Translations under genes and position numbers: made by a program | Part shown: piece by piece, positions 43,812 through 57,410 of the stretch | How the letters are laid out: the number at the start of each line of letters is the position of its first letter | Numbering within the stretch: position 1 is the first letter of the stretch | The notes under the pieces: generated by a model | Databases searched by the model: none | What the model saw: only the letters and a program-made list of their open reading frames with translations | Told to the model about the DNA's origin: nothing | Source of the DNA: Perna viridis | Lineage: Eukaryota | NCBI GenBank assembly: GCA_037379345.1 | Contig: CM074511.1 | Span: 56,922,862-56,986,861, forward strand | Length of the DNA stretch: 64,000 bases | Direction of reading: 5' to 3'

Positions 43812-45114
43812 CATAGCTTGTTATGAGCAAAGCAATTTCAATTCAAACATATAGGTGCTTGGATCTTTACTCATTTGCAAACTATTGCTACAAGAAATAA
43901 ATCTTAATTATCTGTATATATTTTATCGTAAATTCTGTTGAAATTTTAATAAAAAGTATTTGAAATCTCACAAAAATTACAAAGGATTTTTTCTCTATAA
44001 AACGAGATGATTGCTTTCCTCTTTGGACCATGACTAATTAAATTTCTTTGCTGTTGGTTCTTTGGCTTGTATTATATGTTTTTTTTGTTTGTTTTTTTTT
44101 CGGTGTTATTTTCCGCTTTAGTAATACTTTAGACGTAATATTGGTTTGTATTCATACTTTATAGCCCCATTAAACGACCACTGTCATTGTTTCAAACGAT
44201 AATTGACCTATATAAAAAATATACTATTCTTCTTTGATAATGTAAATGAATAGAATGCAGAACATTTTTGCAAATCTTTGAATCAGATAAAACAATATTG
44301 AAATCTTACTCATCATATTTTGCTGTTTTATTTCGGAATCTAACAAGGGCAAACAGAAAAAAATAAATTGATACATATGTGATATTCTGATATTCATGAC
44401 AAAATGACATTGACATAGCACAAAAAAATTGATATTTACATCAAAATGTTCCAGTATGATCTCCACGCTATTTTTTTCACTGTCCTCAGTCATATAATAT
44501 GTGCATGTGTAATAAAACAGTTATAGATGTAAAAAAAGGGTTTTATCGACCACAGGTACAGTTCTTATTGAATTGTCAAGATACAGATGAAACAAAAATG
44601 AGGCCAAGAAGAAAGTCTTCAGTTGTGTCTTATATGACAATTGGAACTTGGCTTTGAACAGATTTTCTCTGGCATTACATTTAATGTAGCCTTTTGAAAA
44701 TCAAGCGATGTAATAAACAAACCGAAATCAATATGAAATATTTTTTTTTTCTAAATATCAATATACAGCGTTCCGAAAAGGAAAGTCATATATGACGTTT
44801 ATACACTGTTACCTAAAGCGTATGAAAGTCTTTTTTAGTTATGAACAAATGCTAAAAAATAATTTTGAAAAAAAACCTTTCAAAATATCTGAATTTCAGT
44901 ATGTATTACTTGTTATTTTGTGTCCTTAAATATTAAGGTAGTAAATTTTGAATGTGCATATATGTATTACACATTTACTTTCTATTTCCTATGTTGAAGA
45001 GTATTCAAGGGATCCAATATGCGAGCGAAAATTAAAAGAATGTATTCTAAGGAAAAAGACTAGACAAGAAAAACAGACACACTTAACAAAAACATAGAAT
45101 AAAAACTAGTAGTT

Positions 45115-45480
45115 ACAGCAAGCTCTGGCATAACGTATGTGTTGTGATATGGAAACTCCATACGCATGTATTGAAGGTATGTTCAGGGAAGATGCGATGT
45201 ATAAAATCCCAAAACTAGAAATTTTTTAAAAAGAAAATACGTCATTTATATACAGGAAACTGAGATCAAAGGGTCTGGCTAAATGATGTTCATCTTTTAG
45301 GATTCGATCAGCTATAAAGTCACCCTCTGAAGATTAAGAAATATGTCAACGACTAGCGGAGCACATTTTGTTCCCATTCAAATGCGGACCATCTGTATAA
45401 AAATCCCGACACACTGAAAAAATATGTTGTCAGCATTTTGACATCTTCCTTGGTATATTTTGAAAATGATTTGGAATCCT
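45115..45480 (-). mobile_element. Decayed Penelope-like RT fragment
   Basis: Nucleotide similarity to 35910-36440 (gctctggcataacgtat, gaaactgagatcaaag, ttcccattcaaatgcggacc). Confidence 0.7.
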
Positions 45481-45683
45481 TAGAGGAATCTTACATTATA
45501 ATATGTATTCGTATCTAGGTATACCGTCATTACGGTGGATAAAGGTTTTGAGTCGTTTTAGTCATACAAGTTATCAAATTGATTATGACAAAGTTATGTT
45601 AATAAAACTGAGCAAGGGTGTGTTCTAAAAACATTAAAATATAATAAAATGTCAAAATTTACCTGTGAATATTACTGATCAGT

Positions 45684-46143
45684 AATTGCCTCTGGAAACA
45701 ATAATGAAAGTGGTCGAATTATAACTGTTAATCAAGTTTTCAAACTCATTAATATGCAAATAAAAGTAAATTTTTTGAAAGCAGTTTCTTTAATCTTTTA
45801 ATTGGTAGTAACTTCAAACGTTAAACAAGCAGAAAGACACAATGATTATCAGATAACTGGAGTATAGTTTTTGAAATTGAATATTTTAATATTTCTTTCT
45901 CAAGACATAGATGCAGCAATTGCCCCAGGAAACAGTAATGAAATTGGTCGAATTCTAACCGTTAATTAAGTACTTCAAACTTGTTATTATATAATAAAGA
46001 TTACATCATTTTAAAAACGTTTCTTTAATCTTTTAATTGGAAGTAAAGACATATGGTTAAACAAACAGAAAGACACAATAATAAACATCTTACTGTGGTA
46101 TAGTTTAGGAAAATGAATATTTTGATGTTTCTTTCTCAAGACA
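45684..46143. repeat. Local tandem duplication, period about 235 bp
   Basis: aattgcc...ggaaaca.taatgaaa.tggtcgaatt...tttctttctcaagaca occurs twice. Confidence 0.85.
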
Positions 46144-47316
46144 AAGGTACATAATTTAGTCATCATTTTATTATGTACCAAAGCACATTTATTAAAGATA
46201 AGCATTACCATTTAACAGACTTGTCTCTTTCATTTGATGTTAATTTCATTTTATCAGATGCAATAGTTTTTTTCTAAATATTTAATGACAAATCAACATT
46301 TATGAACCTTAACAAAAGTGATTTTACATTTATCCAATAATACCTTATTTGAATTGAAAAATATTTACATTCGTCTTATCTAAAGTACATAAAAGATAAA
46401 TGTTGTCATTCTCCAGTTTTCTTTATCTTTAATTTTGTACATCACTCATTAAATTTCATCCAGTAGTTTTTACAAACACTCAAAAAGTATGTAAAGTCAC
46501 CCTATTTTCAACAGAGAAGTTTGAGAAAATCGGCTAATAAACAGCAAAATAGCCACGGCAGTGTTCTACATCTATTTTAACAAGTGACTTCTCCCTCTAA
46601 TATACACTCTCTTCATGTAGGAAAAAATGAAAAGTGATTACGCATTTTCAAAAATTACTCCAAAAATGTGTTCCTCAAATGCTCTGCACATGAGTTTATG
46701 AACTAGAAGAATTTTCATAATCAAAAATGGTTTCTACAAAATGTATGTCTGTGGTTAAAAATTGAGCACAGATGTTCATAAATTGAAGCAATGAATGTTC
46801 ATTGTCAACGTATGTGGTACACCAAGAACAGATTTATAAACAGGTCGGGAATGTTGCAGTATACTTTATTCAGGGACGGACAAACACGTATTCCTGTTGA
46901 GTTAAAAATCTCAGTTCAAAAACACATTGCGAAGAGTGGAATTACTTTGACAAAATACAACGAAGTGTTTGATAGTATCTGTGTAGCTTGGTCCCCATTT
47001 TACCAGAGTTCAAGAAAAAATGCTCTGTTCAGTTCTGTCATTGAGTTTGCAACACGCCAACCGATGAATTGGCAATTGTTCACCGCTATATTCCTAACAT
47101 GTAAAAAGTAACTCTCATTGTCCATGGTTTCTACCTTTCCCTTGTTCGCAAAACGAGACGACTGTTCGAATACCCAATCGAAGAAGCCAAAGAATCAAAT
47201 GATATATAACACTCGATTAGATATGAGAAAAATATTAGGTAATATGATTTAAAGTAAAAGTTTTATAAATAGATATGTCAATATTTTCGGTCGTTTTGGC
47301 ATTGTCTTAAGTAAAG

Positions 47317-47376
<60 letters not shown>
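47317..47376. repeat. (TA)n microsatellite
   Basis: Direct inspection. Confidence 0.97.
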
Positions 47377-47378
<2 letters not shown>

Positions 47379-48348
47379 GAAATCTAAATGATTGTTAAAA
47401 TCACACATAAAGAGTGACTATATAAAAGTATTGAATTCTCTCAAACTATCAGTAGATCAGCTCGATACAAATCAAAACTACTTAGAGAAGGCTGATTTAT
47501 TCCCGAATAAATTTCTTTTTTTTGTTTGTCTGAAATCAAATCGCTAACTGACTATGAAACAAATATTTGATTAAGATATCCAGTTGTCAATTACTTGATT
47601 CAAAAGTAAACTTGGAAAAAATAAGACTGAAGAGCCTCGAGGGCAACCAGCTGGTATATGTTAAACGTTCGACACAATCAACAGACCTAAATTTCTGTCA
47701 TAAGGGTTTGTGTATTTTTATGCATTTGGGAAATCTTGACAAGTTATTTGTTTGGTATATTTTTCTTTTCTTTTTTTTGTGTAAAATGCACTTTAATGTA
47801 TTCTTGAAAGTTATAAATTTATCAATAGCGTAAGCTATTGAACTTGGTATGAATTGGGAATGCACTTTGAGGGTAATATTTTAGTTTATGAGCACAAATT
47901 ATGAATGTGTTGTAGGGTAAAACGGAGAAGAATCATTACTAATAGCACAAACAAGTGAGGATTACTTAGACAAATCAACACCAAGGGTTACTAAAGGACA
48001 GGACAACAGACGAAGAACAAAAAAGAAGTACATACAAACCCCACTAAACTATATTGAACTATGACCTCCAAAAAGATGAATGAGTTAAAAAATAAGATTT
48101 TTATACCATGAAGCATCTGGGATGTTACTATAACTGAAACCATTGTAGATAATTCGGATTTAAGGTTGTATTATTTTGAAGTTTTGAAGTGGAAATCTTA
48201 TTTCTTCTGAAAATTTCAAATTAAAGTCGAAATAAGAAGATTTTTAATTGCCTATGTAGTGTCCTTTATTTCAAGTTCTTTAAGTAGATGAAATGAAAAA
48301 TGTCAACTTATCTAGGATTGTTTAGTGTAAATACTTCATTTAAGGGTA

Positions 48349-48945
48349 AAGAGTAATCAAGGAAACCAAGGTTATAGCGGTAATCAAAAGCATGTAATCC
48401 AGGGACAAAGACCAGACATGGAACACAGACATACACAACAAAGAACATAAAGTAACTAAAATCATACATACAAAGTAACACAAGTAAATGAGCAACTCAG
48501 ACTCAACTAAAACCTGGGAGCATGGACCAGGTGCACCGGTAGGGTAAGGGTCCTCTGCTTTTCTAGAAACACCCGCTGAGTTGCTCATAAAAAGTCAAGT
48601 CCGGGGTAGACAAACGCGGAAAGGAAAACTATGACCCGTTGAATAAATCAGTTTTCATGGTGCTGATGGATACACCATAACGATCCACGAGTTCATGATG
48701 ACGACCATAAAACTTCTGTAGTGATGACTTCAATCTTGTAGCAACATAACCCTGTTCTAGAAGCCTATTTGTTAGAGTTCTAGCGCGATACAAAAAGTCT
48801 GCGTAGTTTCGGCAAGCTCTGGCATAACGTATGAGTTGCGATATGAACACTCCATACGCAGGAGCCGAAGGGATGTGGAAACAGATGAAAGGAAAGTTGA
48901 CAATTCTGAATGAAAAGTCATCACGTTTGTCGTAATGTTTGGTCA
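48349..48945 (-). mobile_element. Penelope-like (Naiad-type) 3' fragment, little decayed
   Basis: FISQLIRYARACRNYADF...HHELVDRYGVSISTMKTDLFNGS* plus full 3' UTR. Confidence 0.88.
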
Positions 48946-49434
48946 GGTTGTATTATTTTTTGTTGTTGATTGTAACAATTGTGAAACATTGATTTTGTTA
49001 AATGCTACAAGACACCTACACAGACAATCAAATGAAATTGATACACTAGTCTCTAGCATGCATTTTAGATTTTCCTAATCTTCAGTAAAAAGCAGCCTTC
49101 TCACACAAATTGCCCATCTGTCTTGTAGCTTTTCCCTCAGAAAACAACATAAGATCTTATATAACGTAAGGTACAAAATGATATTGTGTTGTATGTATAT
49201 AAAGTGCTAGATGCAATGTGTCAATTTATTGTCTTCATAATGTATCTTTCATTTGTCATTCCTCTGCCGATAAAAAAATGTGTTTTGGAGGTATCTATGT
49301 TTTGTTTCTTCTTATTCAATTAATATTATTCACTCAGACTCGACAATACAAAATAATCGAAAATTGCTATCAAAATAACCCTTCTAAAATTAAATACATT
49401 TCTTAGCTGTCATCGCCATATGAAAGAAGCGATG

Positions 49435-49587
49435 TTGTCAACTTAATTGATTCCTTGGAAGGAGACATAATGTAACTAATGGAACTTCCATCTTAATTGT
49501 GTCTCTTATCTTATAGGTTCTTAATCTGGCTATTAATGATTGACAGAAAACAACAGAAAGGAAGTCTTTATCACGGAATATACAAAG
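49435..49587. promoter_or_regulatory. Conserved non-coding element, copy B (function unknown)
   Basis: Same blocks as copy A. Lies about 1.45 kb into the intron after the V5 donor. Confidence 0.5.
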
Positions 49588-51041
49588 TCTGTTAATTTCG
49601 TCTTCAACAACATTTCAAATTTTGAAAAGAAAACTTTTTTCCTCGTAAAAATGCCAATGCCAACCAGTACAGTTATTAAACTTAATTAGACTTACCGAAA
49701 AACTTATTCTTTTAAGTACACTTTATCTGTGCTTTTCTATTATATCATTATAGCAGATTAATGATGAATAAGATAATAATTGCCTAAAATTACACTGCTA
49801 TATCGTTACTGTACTGACATTTACCCACCTACATTGGAAAATGCTATATCATCATGTCAAAATTCGAGCTTTTCGATCAAACACAAGTATTTAGGATTCA
49901 GAGAGCCAACACTGATTGTCCAATTACATAATTATATCCCCATATTGTTGTATATCTTGTCAACTAAGAAACAATCTAGGTATTTTTACATAACGAAGAT
50001 GTCAAATATCATATGATTTAAGTGTTACAGCAAACATTACAGACTGCATCATAACAATATAGAACTATCACTGAGAACAGATCTAATACCTGCAATTACT
50101 TACCACAAGCTAACCCACTCAGTATGAAACAGAGTTCAAGAGCTATACATATTGCAGTTTGTAGCAAAGGGTTGGTAGAGATTTCGGTATATATTAATTA
50201 TTATACATGTAAAACGTCATTAGACACTTTGATTCAATATCGGCTGTTGGTCTGTATATATCAGATATGGTAATATCCATGATATTATTTAATTGTCAAA
50301 CCTGTCTGAAGTGACTCTCTAAGAAAGAGCTAAATCATGGTCTTATAAGAGAGGTAGTCTTTATTTACAGGTCAAAATTACATAAAATTAACCATGTAGG
50401 GAAAATACATTCACTCATATTCTTTTAGACAGGTTATGGCTGAATACTATTGTTCGCTGAGGATTTTTTTACTATTTATGTTTGTATGTCCTTAGTTTGT
50501 AAATATTTATTGTGTACGTAATTTACTGTCCGTACATTAATACACAGTCAAAGGTCATGCACCCCAATCTGATCTAATATGGACCACATAAAGCAATTTC
50601 CATAGATCTAAACATATGTTAACCTTACAAACTTTACCTGTTGCTATTCAAAGACGACTATGTGAACTCATATAATGAGTTGTTGTGCCATTAAGCAGTA
50701 ACCAAAAGTACTAATGGTCAATTTTGGTCAATAGAATCATAACTTATATATATCATGGAGTATGAATTCATAAAGTGTTTAATTATCATTGTTCCATTAG
50801 CACCAATATTATGAATGTATAGTTTTATAGCTCAAGGAGAAAATAATAAAGCCTAATCAGATAGCAACCGGTCAAAATGTTCTGGTCGCCTTGCATATCA
50901 TCGTGTGATAAATCACAAAATTAAAACATTTAAGATCAAAAGAAAAATATGGCAATGTTTTTCATTTCAAAACTTACTGGTTTGCTTTGAGAATGGATAA
51001 GGAAAATATATACTACATAAAAATATACGTTCCTACATTAC

Positions 51042-51498
51042 CTTTTCTAGGAATATTGAGATTAAGCATTAAACACTCCTCCCTTCTATAAGTAATATAT
51101 TGTTTTATATGATGTAAGCGTTCCTGGAGGATCACAAAGGATAACGGTTCATTTTGCATCGTGAACTTTTCTCTCTGAGGACAAACACCTCTAAAACTTG
51201 TATTGTAAAAGACGCGTGTTCCAAGCCATTTTTCAAGAGTTCCCGATGGAGGCATAAACCTCAATCTTTTTTGTCTTGTAGAAGCAAATTGGAGACCACT
51301 AAAAACTTCAGTTGGCAGTAGATTTTCCCGTTTAAATATCATTCCGACCAGACTACCATATCGTGTAGTAAATACACGTGGCTCCAACCTTCTACGTGAT
51401 ACTGTACTTCTTTCACATCTTGTAAACTTTGTTATGAATATTAAACTTTGCCATAATATAACTCCTGTAAACATGGATTTAACGTCAGAGGCCAGCAT
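51042..51498 (-). CDS. Neuroligin-like variable first coding exon V5
   Basis: ATG at 51498, with an alternative in-frame ATG at 51474. Motifs RVFTTRYGSLVG, TEVFSGLQFAS, LRFMPP, KWLGTR, FRGVCPQ...EECLMLNLNIP. Ends AAA G|GTAATG. Length 457 nt = 152 codons + 1. Confidence 0.88.
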
Positions 51499-54400
51499 GC
51501 TATACTTATTGATACTTTACAAGTCCTAGTTAACAAGAACCTTGTTATTCAGATGACTTTGTTAAAGTCCAATTATAAAGCTCCCATTAAACAGAGACAT
51601 AAGACGTCCTTGTTGGCTCCTCCTATAATTTACTTATGACTCTTGATAAACAAATAAGAATTATATACTGTAACGTATTCTTAAACCTTTTCCATCATAA
51701 ATAGACCATGCTGGTTATTGGACAAGTCTTCCGATATGATATCAAAAGTAATTTCAGCCGCGCATGGCATCATACAATAATGGTACATGTTATTAAATTA
51801 GGAAAATATCAGCAGATTGGATTCGTAAACAGTGACATGCAGCTTTTATGTTCTCCTTTATCTAATAGAACTTGTCCACAGAGAAAAAATTCTTCAACTC
51901 AAAAAGACCTTATCAGTAGTCTGGGATATACAAGAATGGGCATTGTTAGCCTGTAACCATCACTCCAATAAATTCAAAAATGATATTATATTTTATAGCT
52001 GGGTAATAGTTGTTCACATTGGAACATCAATAAGATACGAAAAACCAGCATTGTTGATGTAAAAGTCAATTTTACGTTTGTTCTTTTCAGTTTTATGAAT
52101 GGTTTGTTTCCTTGGTTCAACGAAAAATTGAAACACAGACACTAAATTTCTTACAAGACTAAATTAATAAGTAACTCTTTCATGCTCTATTTATTGAATT
52201 TCCAGGAAAAATTACTGACTAATACGTACCAAAATATGAAACAAGTGTCCTTGAAACTGTTTTCAAGGGTGTTGCAACGTAGGTGGCATCACGTTGTCGC
52301 AACCAATAGTATTTTCCACTGTATAGAAAGACCATTGAAGATTCTAATCATAGCTTATAGATAGTCGTCAAAGTATGTTTGATGGGAAACATATGGGTGT
52401 CCTGTTCATCAAATGCTTTAATGTCATACCAGGAATGGTATTGTGAAGAAAACAATTAAAAGTTGACGAATTTTTAATATTCTATTTTTATTGAGTTTAA
52501 TTTCATTATGTTAACGTCATTGGTAATAATATGTCTTGTCTTGAGGAACAATAATGACAATCTGCATAGAGGTTTGAGAAAATTTGATCTGTCGAAAACA
52601 AGTTCTCTGCTTGATGAAGATAGTTTTAAAATAAGTTGATAACTGAAATAACACACATACCATTACTGAATGAAAACATTAAAGTACTTAGTAAGACTAA
52701 ATTATAAATGTTTGTGCTGTTTTAAATCGGATCATAAAAAGTTATACATACTTATGTATTAGTCCTGTACGAAAACCTAACGAATATTTTTTTTTTCACG
52801 TTGTAATATTGAGCATTAAATGAATTTATATATGTAACCGGTCTGAATCACGTCCGTTGACACGCCTTTTAAGGTTTATATTTAAAAGTGCAATTTTTAA
52901 CATGTCAAAAGAAGATTCATAACAGCCACAAATTTTATCTGAAGGAATGATCTCTGGACTTAACTGGGACAATAATGAAAATCAATGATAAAAATCATAT
53001 CTGCAAATACGTAATAGTTATAAATGAGTTTTTGATTTCCCCAGCAACCAAGTAATAAAATGTCTTATCTTGGAAAGCGATCTTTTGATACAGTCCTGGG
53101 GACAAAACTGTGGTATTGGTATATTATACAAAAATAATGAAAGCTATAACTGTTGGTATGTGAAATTTGCTGCTTATGGCATTGGTTTAGTTTTATAGCA
53201 CACGTAGATAATAAATAAAGGTATATTTATCCCTTTAGACATTTTAATATTAATCCGAGTTAAAATGCAACTTAGTGTGCAGATTGCTTCGTGATATTAT
53301 GAAAAAAAGAGAAAACAGGGTTAAAGAGTGTCGTTTGCAGGTGTTTAGTTTGATCATAAAGTATCTTATCCCCTTCCCAAACCGTTGAAAACAATCTTAA
53401 AATTAATCTTGTTGGACGTGTTTTTATAGTTAAACAACTGCAAGCAGTTCCAAAATTGCTGTAAAATTCTCGAAAACATTTGTTAAATGGTACCGACTTA
53501 TACCTTACTATTTTATGATTTACATGTGGCATTGGAAATCATGATAAAATAACTGCTTCCCAACTGATTTGTAATAACCACTCCTTCCATAGAGTATATC
53601 TTTTACTTCAAACAGAATTGATAATTTCTTCATTTTATCTGTAAATGTTGTTTCTTTTTAAGGATACAGGCGTCAAATTGTGTTTTCTTATCAATGTAAG
53701 TAACTTTTTTGCTAGCACTTATAGGATAATTAATTGGAAAGAGAGTTCTCAAAATATTATCACGAATTCAAATGACACCACAGTCCTGATAATTTTGGTA
53801 ATTTGGTTATTTTTGTTAGAACTAATTTCTCTTATTTTTTACATCATAAAATATAATGCAAATCTATATAGATCATTTTGTGGAGAATCATGTCAAGTTT
53901 TAAATCATTTGTGTCTATGTGAAAAACATGAAACGGCTCCGTAGAACTAGAACAAAAAAAATCCATAAATATTCCGAATAAATATACTATCAGAAACGTA
54001 ACCATTTGGTGTCATGATATTATCATGTTAGACACTACCCTTATGGGCTCTTAAAATGTTATGTCAAAATGAAGCTGATATTTACAAATAATCATATCAA
54101 AGAAAAGTTCAATATATAGGTTACACTTATAAACAATCCCGAATCTGTTATTGATTGACAGGTATTTTCCTAAATTACCTACATTTACTCTTACTGAACT
54201 TCCTTGAACGTATTTAGATGTATAATTGCTTTATTTAACGTTAGACAGACAGAATGAGATGAAGGGTTACCAACAACTATTATTGTTTAACATCATTAAT
54301 GTAAGAACTTTGAGTGGTTTAAATGTTAATTGGATGTGAAAAGTCGCATTGAAACAATATTTTGTGAGAGTTCTTTTATGAATAAAGTTGGAAACAGTTT

Positions 54401-55497
54401 TATAGTGATAATTAATTACTTTATACGCAACAAATCTTATTTTGTAGCCAATTTATAGTATTGTTTTACCAACACTAGGAATAGAAGAACACCAAGTCAA
54501 AATTACATAGTTTAATTGACAAAAACAAACACATAAAAAAGGTCTAATGTTAAAAGTTAAAGTAAAATGGCTGCTCAATTTACTTGAAAAACCTTACTTC
54601 TAAATGTAATTTAAACCAATACATGGTGTACTCTATATTTCATACATACTGTAGCATTCAGTTGGTTTCATACGATCTTGAATTTCCATCAGTTTTGACA
54701 GTGTGTTTTGGAATCATATGGTTCCTTTTAAATCATCGTATTCATTTCAATTGATTCCCCAAGAGTGCATTATTATTGAATTTCAGACCTGAGTTCCGTG
54801 CTAAAATTAACAAAGAATTAATATCATTGAGAACGATTATTAATGCAATCGCGATTAAATTTAAGCGGTTTTATCATTCACCCTTGTAAATTAACAAGAA
54901 AACAGTTAAAATTTCCAGAGCAATCTCAGTTTTAAACAACGGGAAAACTAGTGGAAATTCCGCTCATCACATCGTTATAGAATTTGATTTATATATGGAG
55001 GCGATGCATCCTATTCGGTTATTAAGGAACCTCATATTGACCCAATCTAACAGTTTTTTTTATGAATCTAATTCTTAAGTTGCGTCATGGTACAACACAT
55101 TTCGACACTAACGAACTGTGCATATAGGAAGTAGGAAATCAGCAAGTTAGCACATACTATATATGGTCAAGAGACTCGAAACACTGCTGTGACAGGATGT
55201 TATGCGTTCCTTACTTAAATTATGAATCTGACTTGACAAATACACTCATTTGTTTTTTTTTAAAGAAACAATGCGAATGTATTTTTTTTATCCAGTGTCA
55301 GATGGTCAATGGTTTGAAAAAGCTGAAACGAATAATTCTGAAGGAAGGCTAAAATGACAATATCAGTAACACAAACTATAACTTAAATAAGCATTGTACC
55401 GTGTTTTGAAAAAAATATGTCAGGTAAGTATCATTACTTTGGTGCATGCTGGTTCAATCGCACTCTCTCATAGTGTTTAAAGTTCTCTCCAACTTAC

Positions 55498-55894
55498 CTT
55501 TCATTGGAACATACACATTGATTTTTAGACACCCCTCCGTTTGCTTAAGCAAATAAGGCTCTATTCTCCGTAAACGACTTAAAACGTAAAATGACAGAGT
55601 CATGCTCATCGACCTCAAATGACGAAATTGTTGGTAGCAAACAACCATTGAACTAGAAGCCATGAATGATCTCGAATGATTCCATTCCTTGTTCAGTATC
55701 AATGGTTCACGAAATCTGCCAAGTAAGCCATATTGAATTCCTCGGAACGCTTTAATTGTTCCTAAAGACTGATTTTGGAATGGGATCAGCATTCCGGACA
55801 TTGGTCGTAAATTGATGCTTTTTTCACAACACACATACCACACTTCAGTTATCAAAAGCAGAGCCCAGATATTTTCCAAAATAGTACACCACAT
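55498..55894 (-). CDS. Neuroligin-like variable first coding exon V6
   Basis: ATG at 55894 (MWCTILENIWALLLITEVWYVCC). Motifs IKAFRGIQYG, RFREP, VCYQ...RLRRIEPYLLKQTEGCLKINVYVP. Ends AAA G|GTAAGT. Length 397 nt = 132 codons + 1. Confidence 0.85.
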
Positions 55895-56667
55895 TACAGC
55901 TGGTAATAAAAACGAGGTACTTTCTTCTTAAGATACACCAGTACTACACATAAACTATACATTTATAGAGAAAACATCTTGAATTAGAGTCTTTTTAAGG
56001 ACCATCTATGGATTATTGTTGGAAATTCTTGATTTTATAGCTCGCTGGAAGCAAGTTGATAAACCTGACACCGTCTTTCACTTTCTTTATTAGGTTAACT
56101 CAATTTGTCTACATCAATGAAGAATGACAACTAGCTCCCTCTTGATTTGTCTTTTATGGCACTTGTTGTAGGAATATTTATCATCGTCAGATTGGAAGAA
56201 TTGATTGAGTTTCTATCCTAATGACTGACTCTTTGCATGTGTTCTTTGGATCATAAAGATAGAACTTTTTTTTGAATACATGGGTGCTCATTTCTTGAGG
56301 CAAATTTCTTTCGAATTACATTTATAACTCATAGCGCTCAAACTACTTTTGAATCAAATTTTGCTCATTGTGTGTTTTAATTATACCTTTTAAAAACTTG
56401 CCATTATTTAGAAACAATACGTGAATTTCTTCAACGTCGGTTCAATTTAGGTATAAAATGAATGGTATAAATTGTGCAAATTTATTACATCAAGTACGAT
56501 AACACTGCATAGGGAAGCAATTGTGTAATTTAACAAATATTCTCAGTCTATTCCAATGTTAATTTACTAAAATGATTTAGTATTATCATAATAAAGCCTA
56601 ACTTGTTATTCGATGATTCGATCAAAATTGTTTGGTCCTTCAATAAACCTTGAATAGAATTGGACTA

Positions 56668-56909
56668 TTTATGAGCAGCTCAGTGGGTGTTTCTAAAAAA
56701 TGCAGAGGACGCTTACCCTACCTGCGTATCTGGCCCATGCTTCCAGTTTTAGTGAAGTCAGAGTTGCTCATTTACCTTAGTTGCTTTGTATTATTTAGGT
56801 CATTTTATGTTCTTTCGTGTGTGTGTGTGTCTGTTTTTATTGCCTGGTCTTTGTCACTGGATTACATTCTTTTGATTTTTAGCTAGAATCTTGGTTTCCT
56901 TGATTACTC
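56668..56909 (+). mobile_element. Penelope-like family 3' UTR only
   Basis: atgagcagctcag...gaggacgcttaccctacc...cttgattactc. Confidence 0.8.
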
Positions 56910-57290
56910 CTGCACTGGCCTGTAACAATAGTTATATACTAGTCAACAAAAGAATTGATTGAGCATTCTAATCAATAACAATATTTAACCCATTATGTAA
57001 GAAACAATGCCAAATAAATAAAGTATTTATTCTTTAACGTTCTATTTGAGACAGTAACAAAGCAGTTTCTTGACCAAATACGGACAGTTAAAAATAAGTT
57101 TCCGGAATTTCAGTTTGCCGAATTAAATAGGGAAATTATTACATCTTTGAGCTGACCCGAAATTCTGTGGTTGTGGGATCAGGTATTGCTTGCGTCGAAC
57201 TTTCAGCACACAATTTGCGGTTGCGGGAATGTAGAAGACGTATCCTTGGGTCATGACCGCACGGCGTCTGAGTCATTATGATATGGGCCA

Positions 57291-57410
57291 GTTTGCGTCA
57301 GGTGCACCGATAAGGTAACCGTCCTCTGCTTTTTGAAGAAACATCCGCCGAGTTGTTCATAAAATGTCAAGTCCTGGGTAGACGAAAGAAGAAAGGAAAA
57401 CTATGACACC
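57291..57410 (-). mobile_element. Penelope-like family 3' UTR fragment
   Basis: caggtgcaccgataaggtaaccgtcctctgc...ggaaaactatgacac matches the 48529-48636 region. Confidence 0.75.

Noticed and set aside
9450-47111. Other short ORFs (for example 9450-10083, 19071-19400, 24142-24412, 46791-47111)
   Set aside because: No recognisable domain. They are low-complexity or repeat-derived and expected by chance in AT-rich DNA.
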